This document shows, piece by piece, positions 27,798 to 38,480 of a stretch of DNA of 64,000 nt. Source of the stretch: Fimbriimonadales bacterium (lineage in GTDB: Bacteria > Armatimonadota > Fimbriimonadia > Fimbriimonadales > ATM1); assembly GCA_051003155.1 (NCBI GenBank), contig JBPCLO010000020.1, forward strand, positions 1 through 64,000, given 5' to 3'. Each line of letters opens with the position of its first letter. Position 1 is the stretch's first letter. Both the position numbers and the translations under genes were made by a program. The notes below the pieces were generated by a model that did no database searches, had not been told where the DNA came from, and saw nothing but the letters and a program-made list of their open reading frames with translations.

Positions 27798-27958
27798 GGA
27801 CTGATCCTCATTGTCGCCCAAACGGGCATCTAGGCGGCCCGCAGGGCGCGTTTCGCGTCTTTGCCCATAGGATATGACCCGGCGAATCGTGCGGACGAAG
27901 ACGGACGAAGTTTTGGCGAGCGCATCGCGCTAAACGCGAGTCCTCTGGCTCGAAAAAG
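27798..27958 (+). repeat. ~160-bp direct repeat, copy 1
   Basis: GGACTGATCCTCATTGTCGCCCAAA...AAACGCGAGTCCTCTG recurs at 35,973-36,132. Confidence 0.85.
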
Positions 27959-28069
27959 ACAGTGAGAAACCGCCGCACCGACCATAGTCACAATCCTTCT
28001 TGTTCGGATGGGCGTTTGTCATCTGCATGGGGTTCGGGAAGATCTGTGCATGGGCCAACGACGGCGTTA

Positions 28070-28200
28070 CTGCATCGGGAAGTTCCACCAGGCTTTGGCG
28101 ATTCGCCCGAGCCATGGGTAAATAAAGCTCGGTCCCAGCGCACGAAAGGACACCTTGGCCCGAAGTGGCTTGGTTCCTAACCCGTAAACCTGCTTCACGC
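28070..28200 (-). pseudogene. Remnant of the secreted-protein C-terminal domain
   Basis: LRAKVSFRALGPSFIYPWLGRIAKAWWNFP matches the remnant at 1,537-1,690. Confidence 0.55.
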
Positions 28201-28492
28201 GCGCGCGCCACTCACTTTGCTCACGGCCCGACACGGGACGGTCAGCGCCAACGTCGTCGACCGGCTCAACCCGCGCCACACGCCCCACAACCCGCCCGAC
28301 CTGATCCGCGTCCGTTTCGTGGACAAGCACAGCCTGATGGACGGCACCGTCCACAGCGGCGACCTCGTCGTCTTCTCCCGCCAGGACCACTAGCAAGAAG
28401 AAACCCTCTCTCCATGATGCTCGTGCATGGGAGGGGGCAGGGGCAGCTTATCGTCAATGGCATGAATGGCGCTTCGGGGATAATGCGACGAG

Positions 28493-29323
28493 ATGAACGC
28501 TGGCCGCACGTCCTCCCCTCCGGCGAACCGGACACTCTCCAGCGCGAAGGCGGCCAAGCAGGACGAGTTCTACAACCAGTACGTCGAAACCCAGGAAGAG
28601 GCTGAAGCCTAACTGGAGTTCGACGCCGACATCTTCCGCGGCAAGGTCGTCTACTGCAACTGCGACGACCCCTTCGAGAGCAACTTCTTCAAGTACTTCG
28701 CCGCCAACTTCAACAAGCTCGGCCTCAAAAAGCTTGTCACCACCAGCTACGACGGCTCCCCCATCGCCGGAGACGTATTGCCGTTCGAGGAGTACGACGA
28801 GGGGAACGGTAAGCGCGAAAAGCCCAAGGCGATCGCGGTCGAAATCGAGGAAGTGAAGGATGTCACCGGGGACGGCGCGACCGGCATCGAAGACGTGAAG
28901 CTATTCCTGGAGCAGAATCCCCACACCCGCACGTCCCTCGCGGGAGGCGGCGACTTCCGCAGCCCCGAGTGCATTGCGCTGCTGAAAGAGGCGGACATCG
29001 TCGTCACCAATCCGCCCTTCTCCCTCTTCCGCGAGTACGTGGCCCAGCTCGTGCAGCACGGGAAGAAGTTCCTGATCATCGCGAACAAGAACGCGATCAC
29101 CTACAAGGAGATATTCCCGCTCATCAAGGACAACAAACTATGGATGGGCGTCACCCCAATGGGGGCTGATATGCTCTTCGACGTTCCACCCAAAGTAGCA
29201 CGGGCCATGCTTGAGTCCGGCAAGAAGGGGAGTAACTACAGGATTGTCAACGGCAAGGTGATGGGTCGGTCTACTTCGGTTTGGTTCACGAATCTGGACC
29301 ATGGCCGCCGCCTGATCAAGTGA
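28493..29323 (+). pseudogene. EcoRI-family adenine methyltransferase, inactivated
   Basis: AKAAKQDEFY, YCNCDDP, GDFRSPEC and VTNPPFSLF motifs; in-frame TAA at 28,610-28,612; ends early after WFTNLDHG. Confidence 0.85.
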
Positions 29324-29398
29324 AGTGGATTCTGGCCGACTGAACGAGGGTGGAGGACAATTGGCACGCCTGTCTGAATGCCGGGCGGGGAGAAAACA

Positions 29399-29600
29399 AT
29401 GAAACGATACTTGATGATATCGATGGCCGCGGCGGTCCGTGACGAGATAAGAGTGAAGACCGGATTCGCGCATCGCTCGATCGGCGTCGCCGTATGCGTG
29501 TTTGCGCTGGCAACCGTGGGTGTGGGCCAGGTAACGGAGGCCTGGGTGGCACGCTACGACGGCCCAGGAAACTTTTCGGACGCCGCATCTGTATTGTCAA
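29399..29600 (+). pseudogene. N-terminal remnant of an SBBP-like beta-propeller secreted protein
   Basis: Signal-like segment then GQVTEAWVARYDGPGN; similarity then lost. Confidence 0.4.
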
Positions 29601-29707
29601 CCTTCTTGTGTCACAACCTCCAGATACTCTTTTGCGCGGGCTCGTGCGGTATCAGCGGAGGTGTTTGAGAAGGGACAAATTTGAAAGGGCTTACTGACGG
29701 AAAGCCC

Positions 29708-30589
29708 TCACTCCCCAATCACTATGGTCGCTTTGCACAGCTTCCGATCGCCTACCGAAAAGTAGAGTTCCAACTTCTGAGCGTCGACCTCGACCGTAGA
29801 AGCGGCAAAAGCGATATCGGGGAAACCGCTCGGTAGATGCTGCGGCGCGACCAGCGGCTCGTCCGCACGCCGAATCACCTTGGTGTAGCCCGCGTCGAAT
29901 TCAATCCAACCAATCCGCCAGCGCGCGCTGCTGTCTGCGCCGTTATAGAACATCACCGGCCGATCCGTCTCCCGTAATGCCATCGGCCCAGTGCTGAGGT
30001 GCCAGGAATCCCAATGATCCTCTCGCAATCCGAACAGGTCGTTCTCCAAATGCCATTCCTCGCCATAACCGTTCGACCACGCCCGTCCAATCAGAGAGTG
30101 CTCGATCTCCGAGTACTCGTAGAAGAGCCACCACCTATCCGGCGCCTCGGCCACGGTCGCCTCCTTGGTGTTCCAGTGTTGTGTCCCGTGCAATACGGCG
30201 CCCCGCTTCTCAAGCGCCGATATGTCCGGCCCGGCGGCACAGAGCAACTTCCCTTGCCGGATATCGGAGTTCCAGCCTGTGTAATATACGCAACACTCAC
30301 CATCGTGGAAAAACACGGTGGGGTCTTCGGATCCGCCCGAGTCTTCCGGCCAAGGGCCAGGGACGAAGGCGGGCACGTCCATGATTTCGAACTCCAGCCC
30401 GTCGCCCTCGGCAAAGAAAATCTTGGAGAGCCCCCAACTGCCGTCGGGCTTCGGCTCGACCACGCGAAGAGCCATACGGGGTCGGCCACTTTCGAGCCAA
30501 ACGAATGGGCTCATCAAATAATGCCCCTCCAGCCTTGGGTGCTTTTTCATGCGAAGCTCTTGCACGTCGGCGACCCGATAAGTCCTCAT
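29708..30589 (-). CDS. GH130/GH43-like five-bladed propeller glycosidase/phosphorylase
   Basis: GSEDPTV, YYTGWN, NTKEA and MFYNGA..WRIG; ATG at 30,589 overlaps the SDR stop. Confidence 0.75.
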   Translation of the reverse strand: MRTYRVADVQELRMKKHPRLEGHYLMSPFVWLESGRPRMALRVVEPKPDGSWGLSKIFFAEGDGLEFEIMDVPAFVPGPWPEDSGGSEDPTVFFHDGECCVYYTGWNSDIRQGKLLCAAGPDISALEKRGAVLHGTQHWNTKEATVAEAPDRWWLFYEYSEIEHSLIGRAWSNGYGEEWHLENDLFGLREDHWDSWHLSTGPMALRETDRPVMFYNGADSSARWRIGWIEFDAGYTKVIRRADEPLVAPQHLPSGFPDIAFAASTVEVDAQKLELYFSVGDRKLCKATIVIGE

Positions 30590-31355
30590 GCGCCTTGTCC
30601 CAAGCTCAGCATCAAGCCGCCATCCAAAACGAACGTTGAACCTGTAGCATAGTCGGTTTCGGGTAGAGCCAAATATAGCGCGAGCCTCGCAACTTCTTCG
30701 GGCGTTGCCGCTCGCTTCAAGGGGATGTGGGATGCGCTTTGCTTGCGAAAAGCTGCGTCGTTCATCGCCCGCTGATTCATGGGCGTCAGGACCATCCCTG
30801 GCGCGATGTTGTTGACGTTGATTTCTTGGTCTGCCAGTTCCAAAGCAAGGCACCGCGTGAGGTTCCTCAATCCGCCTTTGCTCGCGCAATACTCCGCGCC
30901 ACCGGGAACCGCGACATCTTCATGTATAGATGCCACGTTGATGATTTTTCCCCGCCCGTTCGTCTTTTTCAGTTCGCGGGCGAACCGCCTGCAGAAAAGG
31001 AACGGCCCGGTGAAGTTTAAATCAAGCACACGCTGCCACCGTTCAAGGGACATGCCCCGGACGTAAATGTCTTCCTCGTTCATGCCGGCATCGTTGACCA
31101 AAATCGTCGGCATTCCGAGCTCCGTGATGCACCGGTCAAAGAATCCCTCCGCCTCGGCCTCCTGGCTGACGTCCGTTCGCACGCCAAGCGCGCGCGCCCG
31201 AAGCTCGTATCTTCTCGGCTGTCTCCCGTGCCGCCTCCTTGTCCTCGAAGAATGTGAACGCAACGTCCGCGCCTTCGGAACCAAACAATTCGGCGATTGC
31301 CCGCCCGATTCCGGATTCGCCCCCCGTGACCACGGCCACGTGGCCTGAAAGTTGA
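30586..31355 (-). pseudogene. SDR oxidoreductase (glucose dehydrogenase-like), frameshifted, start unclear
   Basis: VVTGGESGIG lies in one frame; LVNDAG, YCASKGG and NNIAPG in another; shift near 31,185. Confidence 0.75.
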
Positions 31356-31371
31356 CCCGCCCGATCCGCGC

Positions 31372-31851
31372 TTATTGGGCTTCCAAGTGCGTAGCACCCT
31401 CCGGCTGGGCCGCTGCCGCAAGCCCTCCGAACACGGCGCCATACAGAAGGTGGCCGATAAGCGAGCCCATAACCATCATCATCTGGTTGGGCGCAGCCGA
31501 AGTGAAGAAGCCCATGCCCATCATCGGCATCACCATCACCTGCGCGAGCACGAAGAGGATGAATCCCCACGTCATGCCCTTCACGACGTTCGGCCCCGGC
31601 AGGACTTGGTGCAGGATAAACACATAAATCAGCGGGAAAATAATCGCGCCGTTGATGAAGTGCAGAACCATTCCCATCCACCATTGAGGGGAGTATCCGC
31701 CCACCATTTCCATGCCGTTGAACAACGACCCTAACATTCCGGCGATATCCATTTTTGGCATCCCCATCATCGGGCCCATATACATCAGCGCCGTCATCGC
31801 GAGGGTCGCGACAAATCCGGCAAACATTGCTTTTCCAGTTATTGGTTTCAT
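31372..31851 (-). CDS. Met-rich 4-TM membrane protein (DUF6789/DUF2938-like)
   Basis: Four TM segments, two membrane His (LHF, GHLLYG), very Met-rich. Confidence 0.75.
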   Translation of the reverse strand: MKPITGKAMFAGFVATLAMTALMYMGPMMGMPKMDIAGMLGSLFNGMEMVGGYSPQWWMGMVLHFINGAIIFPLIYVFILHQVLPGPNVVKGMTWGFILFVLAQVMVMPMMGMGFFTSAAPNQMMMVMGSLIGHLLYGAVFGGLAAAAQPEGATHLEAQ

Positions 31852-31876
31852 AATTAATCTTCTTTATCGAGTTGTC

Positions 31877-32626
31877 TTAGGACATGCGAATCCACGGCTC
31901 GGAAATCCGAACCAAATCGTTGCGGGTCATTTTTGCCACGGCAACGAAAATACAATCCCTGCAGTTGAATGCAAGATAAGTGAATTCACCGCCATTCCAA
32001 TGATAAATATTCTCATCGAAAGCCGTTGCCTTCGAAGCATCTTCCAAATCGATGCGCGATTTAGGAATCTGATACACTACAACGCTTTCGCCCTTCCATT
32101 CAAACTCAACGACCGCGCCTTTCGCGTCCCCGGCATCCACGAGCCGGCAGTCGATTAGCTTCGCGTCCGGGCTGAACGGCATCGTTTCGATCGGGAAACC
32201 TACCGCCCGCGACAGGTCAGAAATCTCCGCATTCGAGGGCGGCCGCGACGCCGATCCTGCCGCCGCATTGAAATCGCGCGTAATGAGGCCAACGTCGAAC
32301 TTCGCGTGGCCGACGGGCCGCTGCCAAACGACTACGGACAAGACCACGGCAAAAGCCGCTGCCGCCACCGCGAGCCGAGGCAGATATCTCGGTCTCGGCT
32401 TCGAGACAGAAATAGCGTTGGCAACTGCCCCCGTAAGCTGGGCGGGCGCTTGCATCCCGGTTTCCATGGCAGCCGAAATGCGACCGACGTCCCGCCGCAA
32501 CTCGGACTCTTCCTCGCGACAAGACTCGCACTCGCTCAAGTGCCGAACAACGTCGGCATGAGCGTCGCGTTCGAGGTCGCCGAGGATCATGAGAATAGTC
32601 TGCTGTTTTATATCGTCGCACTTCAT
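31877..32626 (-). CDS. Zinc-binding anti-sigma factor
   Basis: HLSECESC (HxxxCxxC) plus a TM segment; ATGA overlap with the sigma gene. Confidence 0.85.
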   Translation of the reverse strand: MKCDDIKQQTILMILGDLERDAHADVVRHLSECESCREEESELRRDVGRISAAMETGMQAPAQLTGAVANAISVSKPRPRYLPRLAVAAAAFAVVLSVVVWQRPVGHAKFDVGLITRDFNAAAGSASRPPSNAEISDLSRAVGFPIETMPFSPDAKLIDCRLVDAGDAKGAVVEFEWKGESVVVYQIPKSRIDLEDASKATAFDENIYHWNGGEFTYLAFNCRDCIFVAVAKMTRNDLVRISEPWIRMS

Positions 32627-33171
32627 AGTTGCTTTCCCTCCGGGACAAGCGTTTCGCGCAGAGATTGAATCGCCTTCGCAATTCGAAAAGCGACAGTCGG
32701 CAATTTTATTCCCGTCTGCTCCGAGATTTCGCGCAGCGTTTGGCCATTTGTAAATCGCATAACAATTAACAGCCGCGTTGCGGGTGGCAGTCCCTGAATC
32801 GCTTCTAAAATGAGCGTTCTGTCCATGTTCTTCTCGGCGGTCAATTCGGCGCCTTCGATTTCGATTGGCCAAGATTCTTCGGTGAGCGAACATTCCCTAC
32901 GTACCGTCTGAGCACGGCCCTCTGACCAGTTGATGCACTGATTTGCGCAGACCTTCATCAGCCACGGGCCGAACGGCCTGCGGTGGTCGTACTTCGCGAT
33001 CTTCCGATAGGCCCTGATAAAGCACTCCTGGCTGAGGTCGTCGGCGTCCTCCGCGGTTCCAGCAAAGCGGTACGCCATCCGGTACACCTTGTGTTGGTGC
33101 CGGTGCGTCAGCTCGATGAATGCATCGTGGTCGCCGGTTCGCGCTCGTCGGCCGAGATCCTCGTCCGTCAT
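32623..33171 (-). CDS. ECF RNA polymerase sigma factor
   Basis: GDHDAF..AEDADDLSQECFIRAY..FGPWL; region-4 HTH (LREISE..TVAFRI). Confidence 0.92.
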   Translation of the reverse strand: MTDEDLGRRARTGDHDAFIELTHRHQHKVYRMAYRFAGTAEDADDLSQECFIRAYRKIAKYDHRRPFGPWLMKVCANQCINWSEGRAQTVRRECSLTEESWPIEIEGAELTAEKNMDRTLILEAIQGLPPATRLLIVMRFTNGQTLREISEQTGIKLPTVAFRIAKAIQSLRETLVPEGKQL

Positions 33172-33369
33172 GGTTTAGTTCTGTCCTTTCACTAACTCCA
33201 TACACCGGCAACGCTCCAAATTTCTAACTCTCGAGGCATCTTAACTTTTTCTTGATTGATGAAAAAGTGCGATCGAGCGAGATCTAGTTAGAAGAATCAC
33301 CGCCTCGTCCTGTATGAGTGGCTGAAGCCCAGCCGTTTGCCGGCGGGGCAATAGGAGAAAACAAACCAA

Positions 33370-33738
33370 ATGAAATTTCATCACTATCTGGTAGCGACCC
33401 TGATGATGTTCGCCATGTTCGGCGCGAGCATGAACGCGGCGGCCAGCGACACGAAGAAGGCTTACGCATGTCATAAGTGCGAAGTGGCAAGCATGAAGGC
33501 TGGCACGTGCGAATGCGGCGAGAAGATGAAGGAAGTCAACGGCAGAATCGCCTATGTCTGCATGCACTGCATGAAGTCTTCGAAGGTCCCCGGCCACTGC
33601 ACCATGTGCAAAGGCGAGCTGAAAAAAATGTTGATCACCTACTCGTGCGAAGCGTGCGACGCGACCTCGCCGAAACCCGGGCGCTGCACCAAGTGCAAAG
33701 GCGCGCTCCACAAGCACATCATCCCGTTTAAGAAATAG
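33370..33738 (+). CDS. Secreted protein with three heavy-metal-binding-like Cys repeats
   Basis: AGGAG RBS, signal peptide, three YxCxxC..(P)GxC..C repeats. Confidence 0.75.
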   Translation: MKFHHYLVATLMMFAMFGASMNAAASDTKKAYACHKCEVASMKAGTCECGEKMKEVNGRIAYVCMHCMKSSKVPGHCTMCKGELKKMLITYSCEACDATSPKPGRCTKCKGALHKHIIPFKK

Positions 33739-34376
33739 CGTTTCCGCGACTGATATTAGAAACTGCGACTACAGTTCCATCTGTAGTCGGATCCCTTTCG
33801 ATCATGATTCGCGCCGACTCCTAAGTGGCCGGCGTAGCCCGATTCGGAGCGCCATTCTAAATCTTGCCGAATTTGAAAGTGATGCAGAGACCGGCATCTG
33901 TTGCATCGCCTAAACGCGAGAGTTGAAGCTTCTTCTAAAAATTTTTTAAGTAATCGGTTCTCCGTGACATGATTCAACCTGAACAAACAAAAGTTGCAGC
34001 CAACGGGGATAAGGATAACCAAGAGCCGCGCAATGGTGTCGGTTTATTTTTTCGCCAGGCGGCTTGAAGCGGATCATTACCAAACGTCCAGCTCCGCAAC
34101 TCGAGAGCACGCACGTAAGTACCGAGCAATGTCCGCATGTCGATACCTCCTACGTTCGCGCCCGGCTCATGCAGGGATGGCAGAACCAAACCTCAGCAAT
34201 TGGCGCAGGCAACGCGATGCCCTCTTGGGTCCACCTTCTGGCCTCTTGGTTTGGCAGGTAGTACCGATCCCCATCGTCGGAAGGGCAGCGCGCGAGGACC
34301 ACCGAATACTTCGCTTCTTGGTAGCAGCAGTGCACTTCTCGATCATTGCAATTCCTCGATCTTGGTGACGATCGCG

Positions 34377-35873
34377 TCAGGGTCGAGGCCTGCAAACTCG
34401 TGCAGGCTGCCCCGTACCAGCCGTTCGGTTTCCTCGTCGAGGCGCTTGCGATTGCGAGCGATGTACGCCATCTGGATTCGCAGCATTGCTTGGTTCTCCA
34501 TCGCACCGGGTGGCGGCGCCAACGCTTGCCGGCTGAGGCGGCTCATCCCGGACCACGAGATTGCGTTGCTGGGTATCTTCCGGTCGTGATCTTTCTCGGA
34601 CAAAGACATCCTCAAAGGCATTCGAATCTCCTCTGACTAGATTCGAGGCATAGGACGAGAAAACGACAAGATTACCTGCATAGTTGATTTCCGGCTGGAA
34701 GCTGTGGTCGTTTGCCTGTTCGCTACTGGAAGATACAGATACCAACTCGGTTGTAGGTGTACGAGTATCGCGGATGAACACGTCATAGCGATTGTTCTCA
34801 TCGCCTTCGACAAGGTTTGTTGCAAGAGAATAAAATGCCATCCATCGCCCATCGGCCGAGATTGAGGAATCACCGCTGCTATCGTTCCCACTTTGGCCGG
34901 AAGCTCCTATCGAAGCGATGATTGTTTTGCGATGAACAACGTCTCGAACGAAGGCGTCCCAAGTGTCGTTGGTGTCTCCTAAGACTAAGTCGCCCGCTTC
35001 CGACGTAAAGGACACATAACGTCCGTCAGCACTTATGGAATCGGTGTAGCTATGACCATAACCTGAGAATCCAGACCTGTTTGTCGATACAAGCATCGTC
35101 GTCCTTCCGAGCGTATCACGCAGATATACATCCGGCATCCCGTTGTTGTCATTCCCCACAAGGTTCCTCGCAAAGCTGGTAAATGCTACCAACCGGCCGT
35201 TCCCGCTGATCACCGGGTCAAAGCACGAACCATTTGCCTGGCCGCCAAGATTGGTCAGAGAAACCCGGAAAGTTAGGCCGCGCAACCGATCGCGCACAAA
35301 GACGTCAGTCTCATTGTTGGTGTCGTTTTCAACCAGGTTGGTCGCATGAGAACGAAACGCAACGAACCTGCCGTCCGCGCTTATTGAAGCGCCATCGCAT
35401 TCTCCGTTCGCCTGATGGCCGTCGGAGGAAACCGAGATTAATTCGGTCGTCCCGAACCATCTGTCACGAACGAAGATGTCGCTATAATTTTGATCTCCTA
35501 AGACCAGGTTCGATGCCACGGAGAAGAACGCTACAAATCTGCCGTCAGAGCTAATTGACGGGTAGAGGCTGTCTCCATGCGCTTCGCCGCCACCCGTCGA
35601 CACCGAAACGCGCTCGGTGACGCCAGTCATTCTGTCATGAACAAATACGTCGTCGCGGCCGTTCAAGTCATTGAAGATCAGGTTAGTCGCGCGAGACGTG
35701 AGGGCCACGAATCGTCCATCGCCGCTAATGTCGACGTCCCGACTCACATGGTTCGCCTGTTCGCCCTCGGTAGAAACAGAAACCCGCGAGGTTACACCCG
35801 CCGACGCCGGATCAATACCACGCGCTGTCAGTAAGATTACGCCGTAAAGGTACAGCTTCCGTCCAGAAGGCAT
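34377..35873 (-). CDS. TolB/PD40-like beta-propeller secreted protein (C-terminus possibly chimeric)
   Basis: About seven repeats of ISADGRFVAF.S.A.NLV..D.N...DVFVRD. Confidence 0.85.
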   Translation of the reverse strand: MPSGRKLYLYGVILLTARGIDPASAGVTSRVSVSTEGEQANHVSRDVDISGDGRFVALTSRATNLIFNDLNGRDDVFVHDRMTGVTERVSVSTGGGEAHGDSLYPSISSDGRFVAFFSVASNLVLGDQNYSDIFVRDRWFGTTELISVSSDGHQANGECDGASISADGRFVAFRSHATNLVENDTNNETDVFVRDRLRGLTFRVSLTNLGGQANGSCFDPVISGNGRLVAFTSFARNLVGNDNNGMPDVYLRDTLGRTTMLVSTNRSGFSGYGHSYTDSISADGRYVSFTSEAGDLVLGDTNDTWDAFVRDVVHRKTIIASIGASGQSGNDSSGDSSISADGRWMAFYSLATNLVEGDENNRYDVFIRDTRTPTTELVSVSSSSEQANDHSFQPEINYAGNLVVFSSYASNLVRGDSNAFEDVFVRERSRPEDTQQRNLVVRDEPPQPASVGAATRCDGEPSNAANPDGVHRSQSQAPRRGNRTAGTGQPARVCRPRP

Positions 35874-35972
35874 TTGCTTCCTCCTTATGGCTGACGTTCA
35901 GCCTTACGAATCAATGTACCATAGTTTTACATAGGTGGAACGCTGGGCACTAGCAGCGGGTTTAGTGAGCTG

Positions 35973-36132
35973 GGACTGATCCTCATTGTCGCCCAAAACG
36001 GGCACTAGGCGGCCCGCAGGGCGCGTTTAGGGTCTTCGCCCATAGGACATGACCCGGCGAAGCACGCGGACGAAGACGGACGGCGTTTTGACGAGCGCAT
36101 CGCGATAAACGCGAGTCCTCTGCCTCGGAAAG
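35973..36132 (+). repeat. ~160-bp direct repeat, copy 2
   Basis: Matches 27,798-27,958 with scattered mismatches. Confidence 0.85.
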
Positions 36133-36188
36133 TCGCAGGCTCCGTTCGCTGAGAGTTCTTCGACGCGCTTGCAAATGGCGGCTGTCGG

Positions 36189-36701
36189 TTAATCCCAGTT
36201 CCCGGGGGGTGTTTGATATGCTTGATACCGTTGGGGCAGTTCCAACGCGATCTGTTCCGCTATCAACTTCTGGGCTTCTGGCAGGGGCAGGCTGCTCAGG
36301 TATTCCGGTGTCCAGCCGGTCTCGTCCGCCAACGTTTGTGAGATCAGGTCCCAGTCCACTTCCGGCGGGTTCCGTGTGAACAGTTCCCCCTGTTCCGGCA
36401 TCATCCCGTAGTCCACCAGTAGATCCTCCGTCACGTTGTACGGGTCGTCCAGGTCCGCTACCGCGAACGTCATTATCTGCGGTGCCCCCGGTACCCACTG
36501 GGTGTGGCCGATCGCCATCAGCGTCTTGTTGCACCACTGGTTCAACCAGTTCTCCGGGTCGTTCCACGGTCGCGGTTTACGCTCTCTGCGGCTGCCTACT
36601 TTCATTTCCGATTGCCTCCAATAGTTTAGACGTTCCTGGAATGAGGGAAAAATCGCCCTCTGCATCGCAACCTGTTGTAAGACGCCAGCGCACCCAGCCA
36701 T
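36189..36701 (-). CDS. Hypothetical protein
   Basis: 170-aa ORF downstream of hsdM; no recognised motif. Confidence 0.5.
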   Translation of the reverse strand: MAGCAGVLQQVAMQRAIFPSFQERLNYWRQSEMKVGSRRERKPRPWNDPENWLNQWCNKTLMAIGHTQWVPGAPQIMTFAVADLDDPYNVTEDLLVDYGMMPEQGELFTRNPPEVDWDLISQTLADETGWTPEYLSSLPLPEAQKLIAEQIALELPQRYQAYQTPPGNWD

Positions 36702-36776
36702 AGATCATGACCCTACGTAATCGGGCGTGCGTTTGTCATTGTCATAGGGTTATGCGATTCTGGACGTGAATAATGC

Positions 36777-38174
36777 TCAGTCATTCGTCGAAAAAGACGT
36801 GGTGAGGCGGTCGATGGCTTGCGTGGCTGTCAGCAAGTCTGCGCGACAGAGCTCGAGGAGTTCGCCTGGCTCGCCGAGTTCGTCGTCGCCGTTCTCCACG
36901 TCGTCTTTTAGCCATCTTATATCCAGGTTGTATTTCCGGTTCGCAATTTCCTTTATGGGGAAGGCACGGAAGCGCTCGGTCTCGGCGCGCTTCGATGTGC
37001 CGCTGGGGTTTTTACCATACGCTGCTATGAACTCGTTAAAAGCTGTCTCCAAAAGCGGGCGGTCTTTCTTTGTGTACCCAGGGATCCCCGAACGGCCGTC
37101 GTATATCCAAACTTTCTCCGTCGGCAAACCTTTGACAAAGAAGAACACGTTGGTCTTTGTGCCGGCTGAATACGGGGAGAACGTCCCGCGCGGCAACCGG
37201 AGAACCGTGTGCAAGTTGCAATCCTTGGTGAGGATTTCCATCACTTCCGGCGCGGCGTGCCCTTGGAAGAGAACGTTATCCGGCAAGACAATCCCGCACC
37301 TGCCGCCAGGCTTCAATATTGTCATCACGTGCTGAAGGAAGTTCAATTGCTTGTTCGACGTTTCGATTGTAAAGTCGTCCCGCTGCGGAGCCTGATTGGC
37401 ACCGCGGACCCCGAAAGGCGGATTGGTGAGCACGCAATCGTATCGCTCCCCGAGGTCGGAGTCGTAGAGCGAATCTCGGAGCTTGATATCGCCGCCGAGT
37501 TCGTGTAGATAGATGTTCATCATCGCGAGGCGTCGCGCGAGGGGCGTGTTGTCTGCGCCGCTGTATGCGCCGTTGCGCATTCGCTTTTGCACTTCGCGAG
37601 GAATGGCCGCGCCGTATTCGATGCGCAGCCATTCGGCGGCCGAGAGCAGGAATCCGCCTGTGCCGCAAGCCGGGTCGTGTATTTTGAAATCGGCCGTTTT
37701 CGTGAGGTCCGGCTGGATGCATTTGACGATTGCGCGGATCAAGGGGCGCGGGGTGAAGTATTGTCCCGCGCCTTTCTTACCTTCGCTCGCCGTGCGCTCC
37801 AGTAGCTCTTCGTAAACTTTCCCCTTGATATCAATGTCCAACTCCGTCCACTCGATCTCGTCGATCATGCCGATGATCTGTTTTAGTTGGACGGGCTTTG
37901 TGAATCGGTTCTGCCCTTCGCCGAAGATGCTGCCGATAACACCCGTTTGTTTGCCGAGGGTTCGGATGGTGTCGGTGTAATGGTCGAGCAGCCCTTCGCC
38001 GCTGAGCGAGCTAAGCGCCTCCCAGTCGTAGCCCTTGGGAAGCTCAACGCCTTTTTCCTGTGCAATTTTCAGGAAAAGCAAATAGCTGATTTGTTCGACG
38101 TAGTCGGTGTATCCAATCCCGTCATGCCGAAGCTGGTGCGCGAACCCCCAAAGCTTGTTTCCGATTTCACTCAT
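36777..38174 (-). CDS. hsdM: Type I R-M methyltransferase subunit
   Basis: GQYFTPR, DPACGTGGFL and TNPPF; likely start MSEIGNKLW at 38,174. Confidence 0.95.
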   Translation of the reverse strand: MSEIGNKLWGFAHQLRHDGIGYTDYVEQISYLLFLKIAQEKGVELPKGYDWEALSSLSGEGLLDHYTDTIRTLGKQTGVIGSIFGEGQNRFTKPVQLKQIIGMIDEIEWTELDIDIKGKVYEELLERTASEGKKGAGQYFTPRPLIRAIVKCIQPDLTKTADFKIHDPACGTGGFLLSAAEWLRIEYGAAIPREVQKRMRNGAYSGADNTPLARRLAMMNIYLHELGGDIKLRDSLYDSDLGERYDCVLTNPPFGVRGANQAPQRDDFTIETSNKQLNFLQHVMTILKPGGRCGIVLPDNVLFQGHAAPEVMEILTKDCNLHTVLRLPRGTFSPYSAGTKTNVFFFVKGLPTEKVWIYDGRSGIPGYTKKDRPLLETAFNEFIAAYGKNPSGTSKRAETERFRAFPIKEIANRKYNLDIRWLKDDVENGDDELGEPGELLELCRADLLTATQAIDRLTTSFSTND

Positions 38175-38480
38175 TGTGTTGGCCCATGTCCGGCATTCAG
38201 CGCCTTTCTTGCCAAGCCAAGTGCGGTAGTTGTGCTCTCGGGCAATCCAGAAGTCCATAGGTACGCCAAGAGCGTTCCCAAGTCAGATGCCATAGCGGCA
38301 GTACATCCGCCATCGCCGTTCACAACGGATTCCACCGTTTGTCAGCACAGCCTGTCCTCGATGCCAGCTCGGCATGGCTCATGCCTAAAGGCTGCCAACG
38401 TTTCAGCAATCGTGTCATCGGGTGAAGAGACATGCGTGGGACTGTATTCGGAGTGAGGAGAACGGGCCATTGTCAGTGCA

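Noticed and set aside
28200..28393. Coding-like fragment LNPRHTPHNPPDLIRVRFVDKHSLMDGTVH
   Set aside because: Looks like a gene tail, but I cannot assign a family or a start
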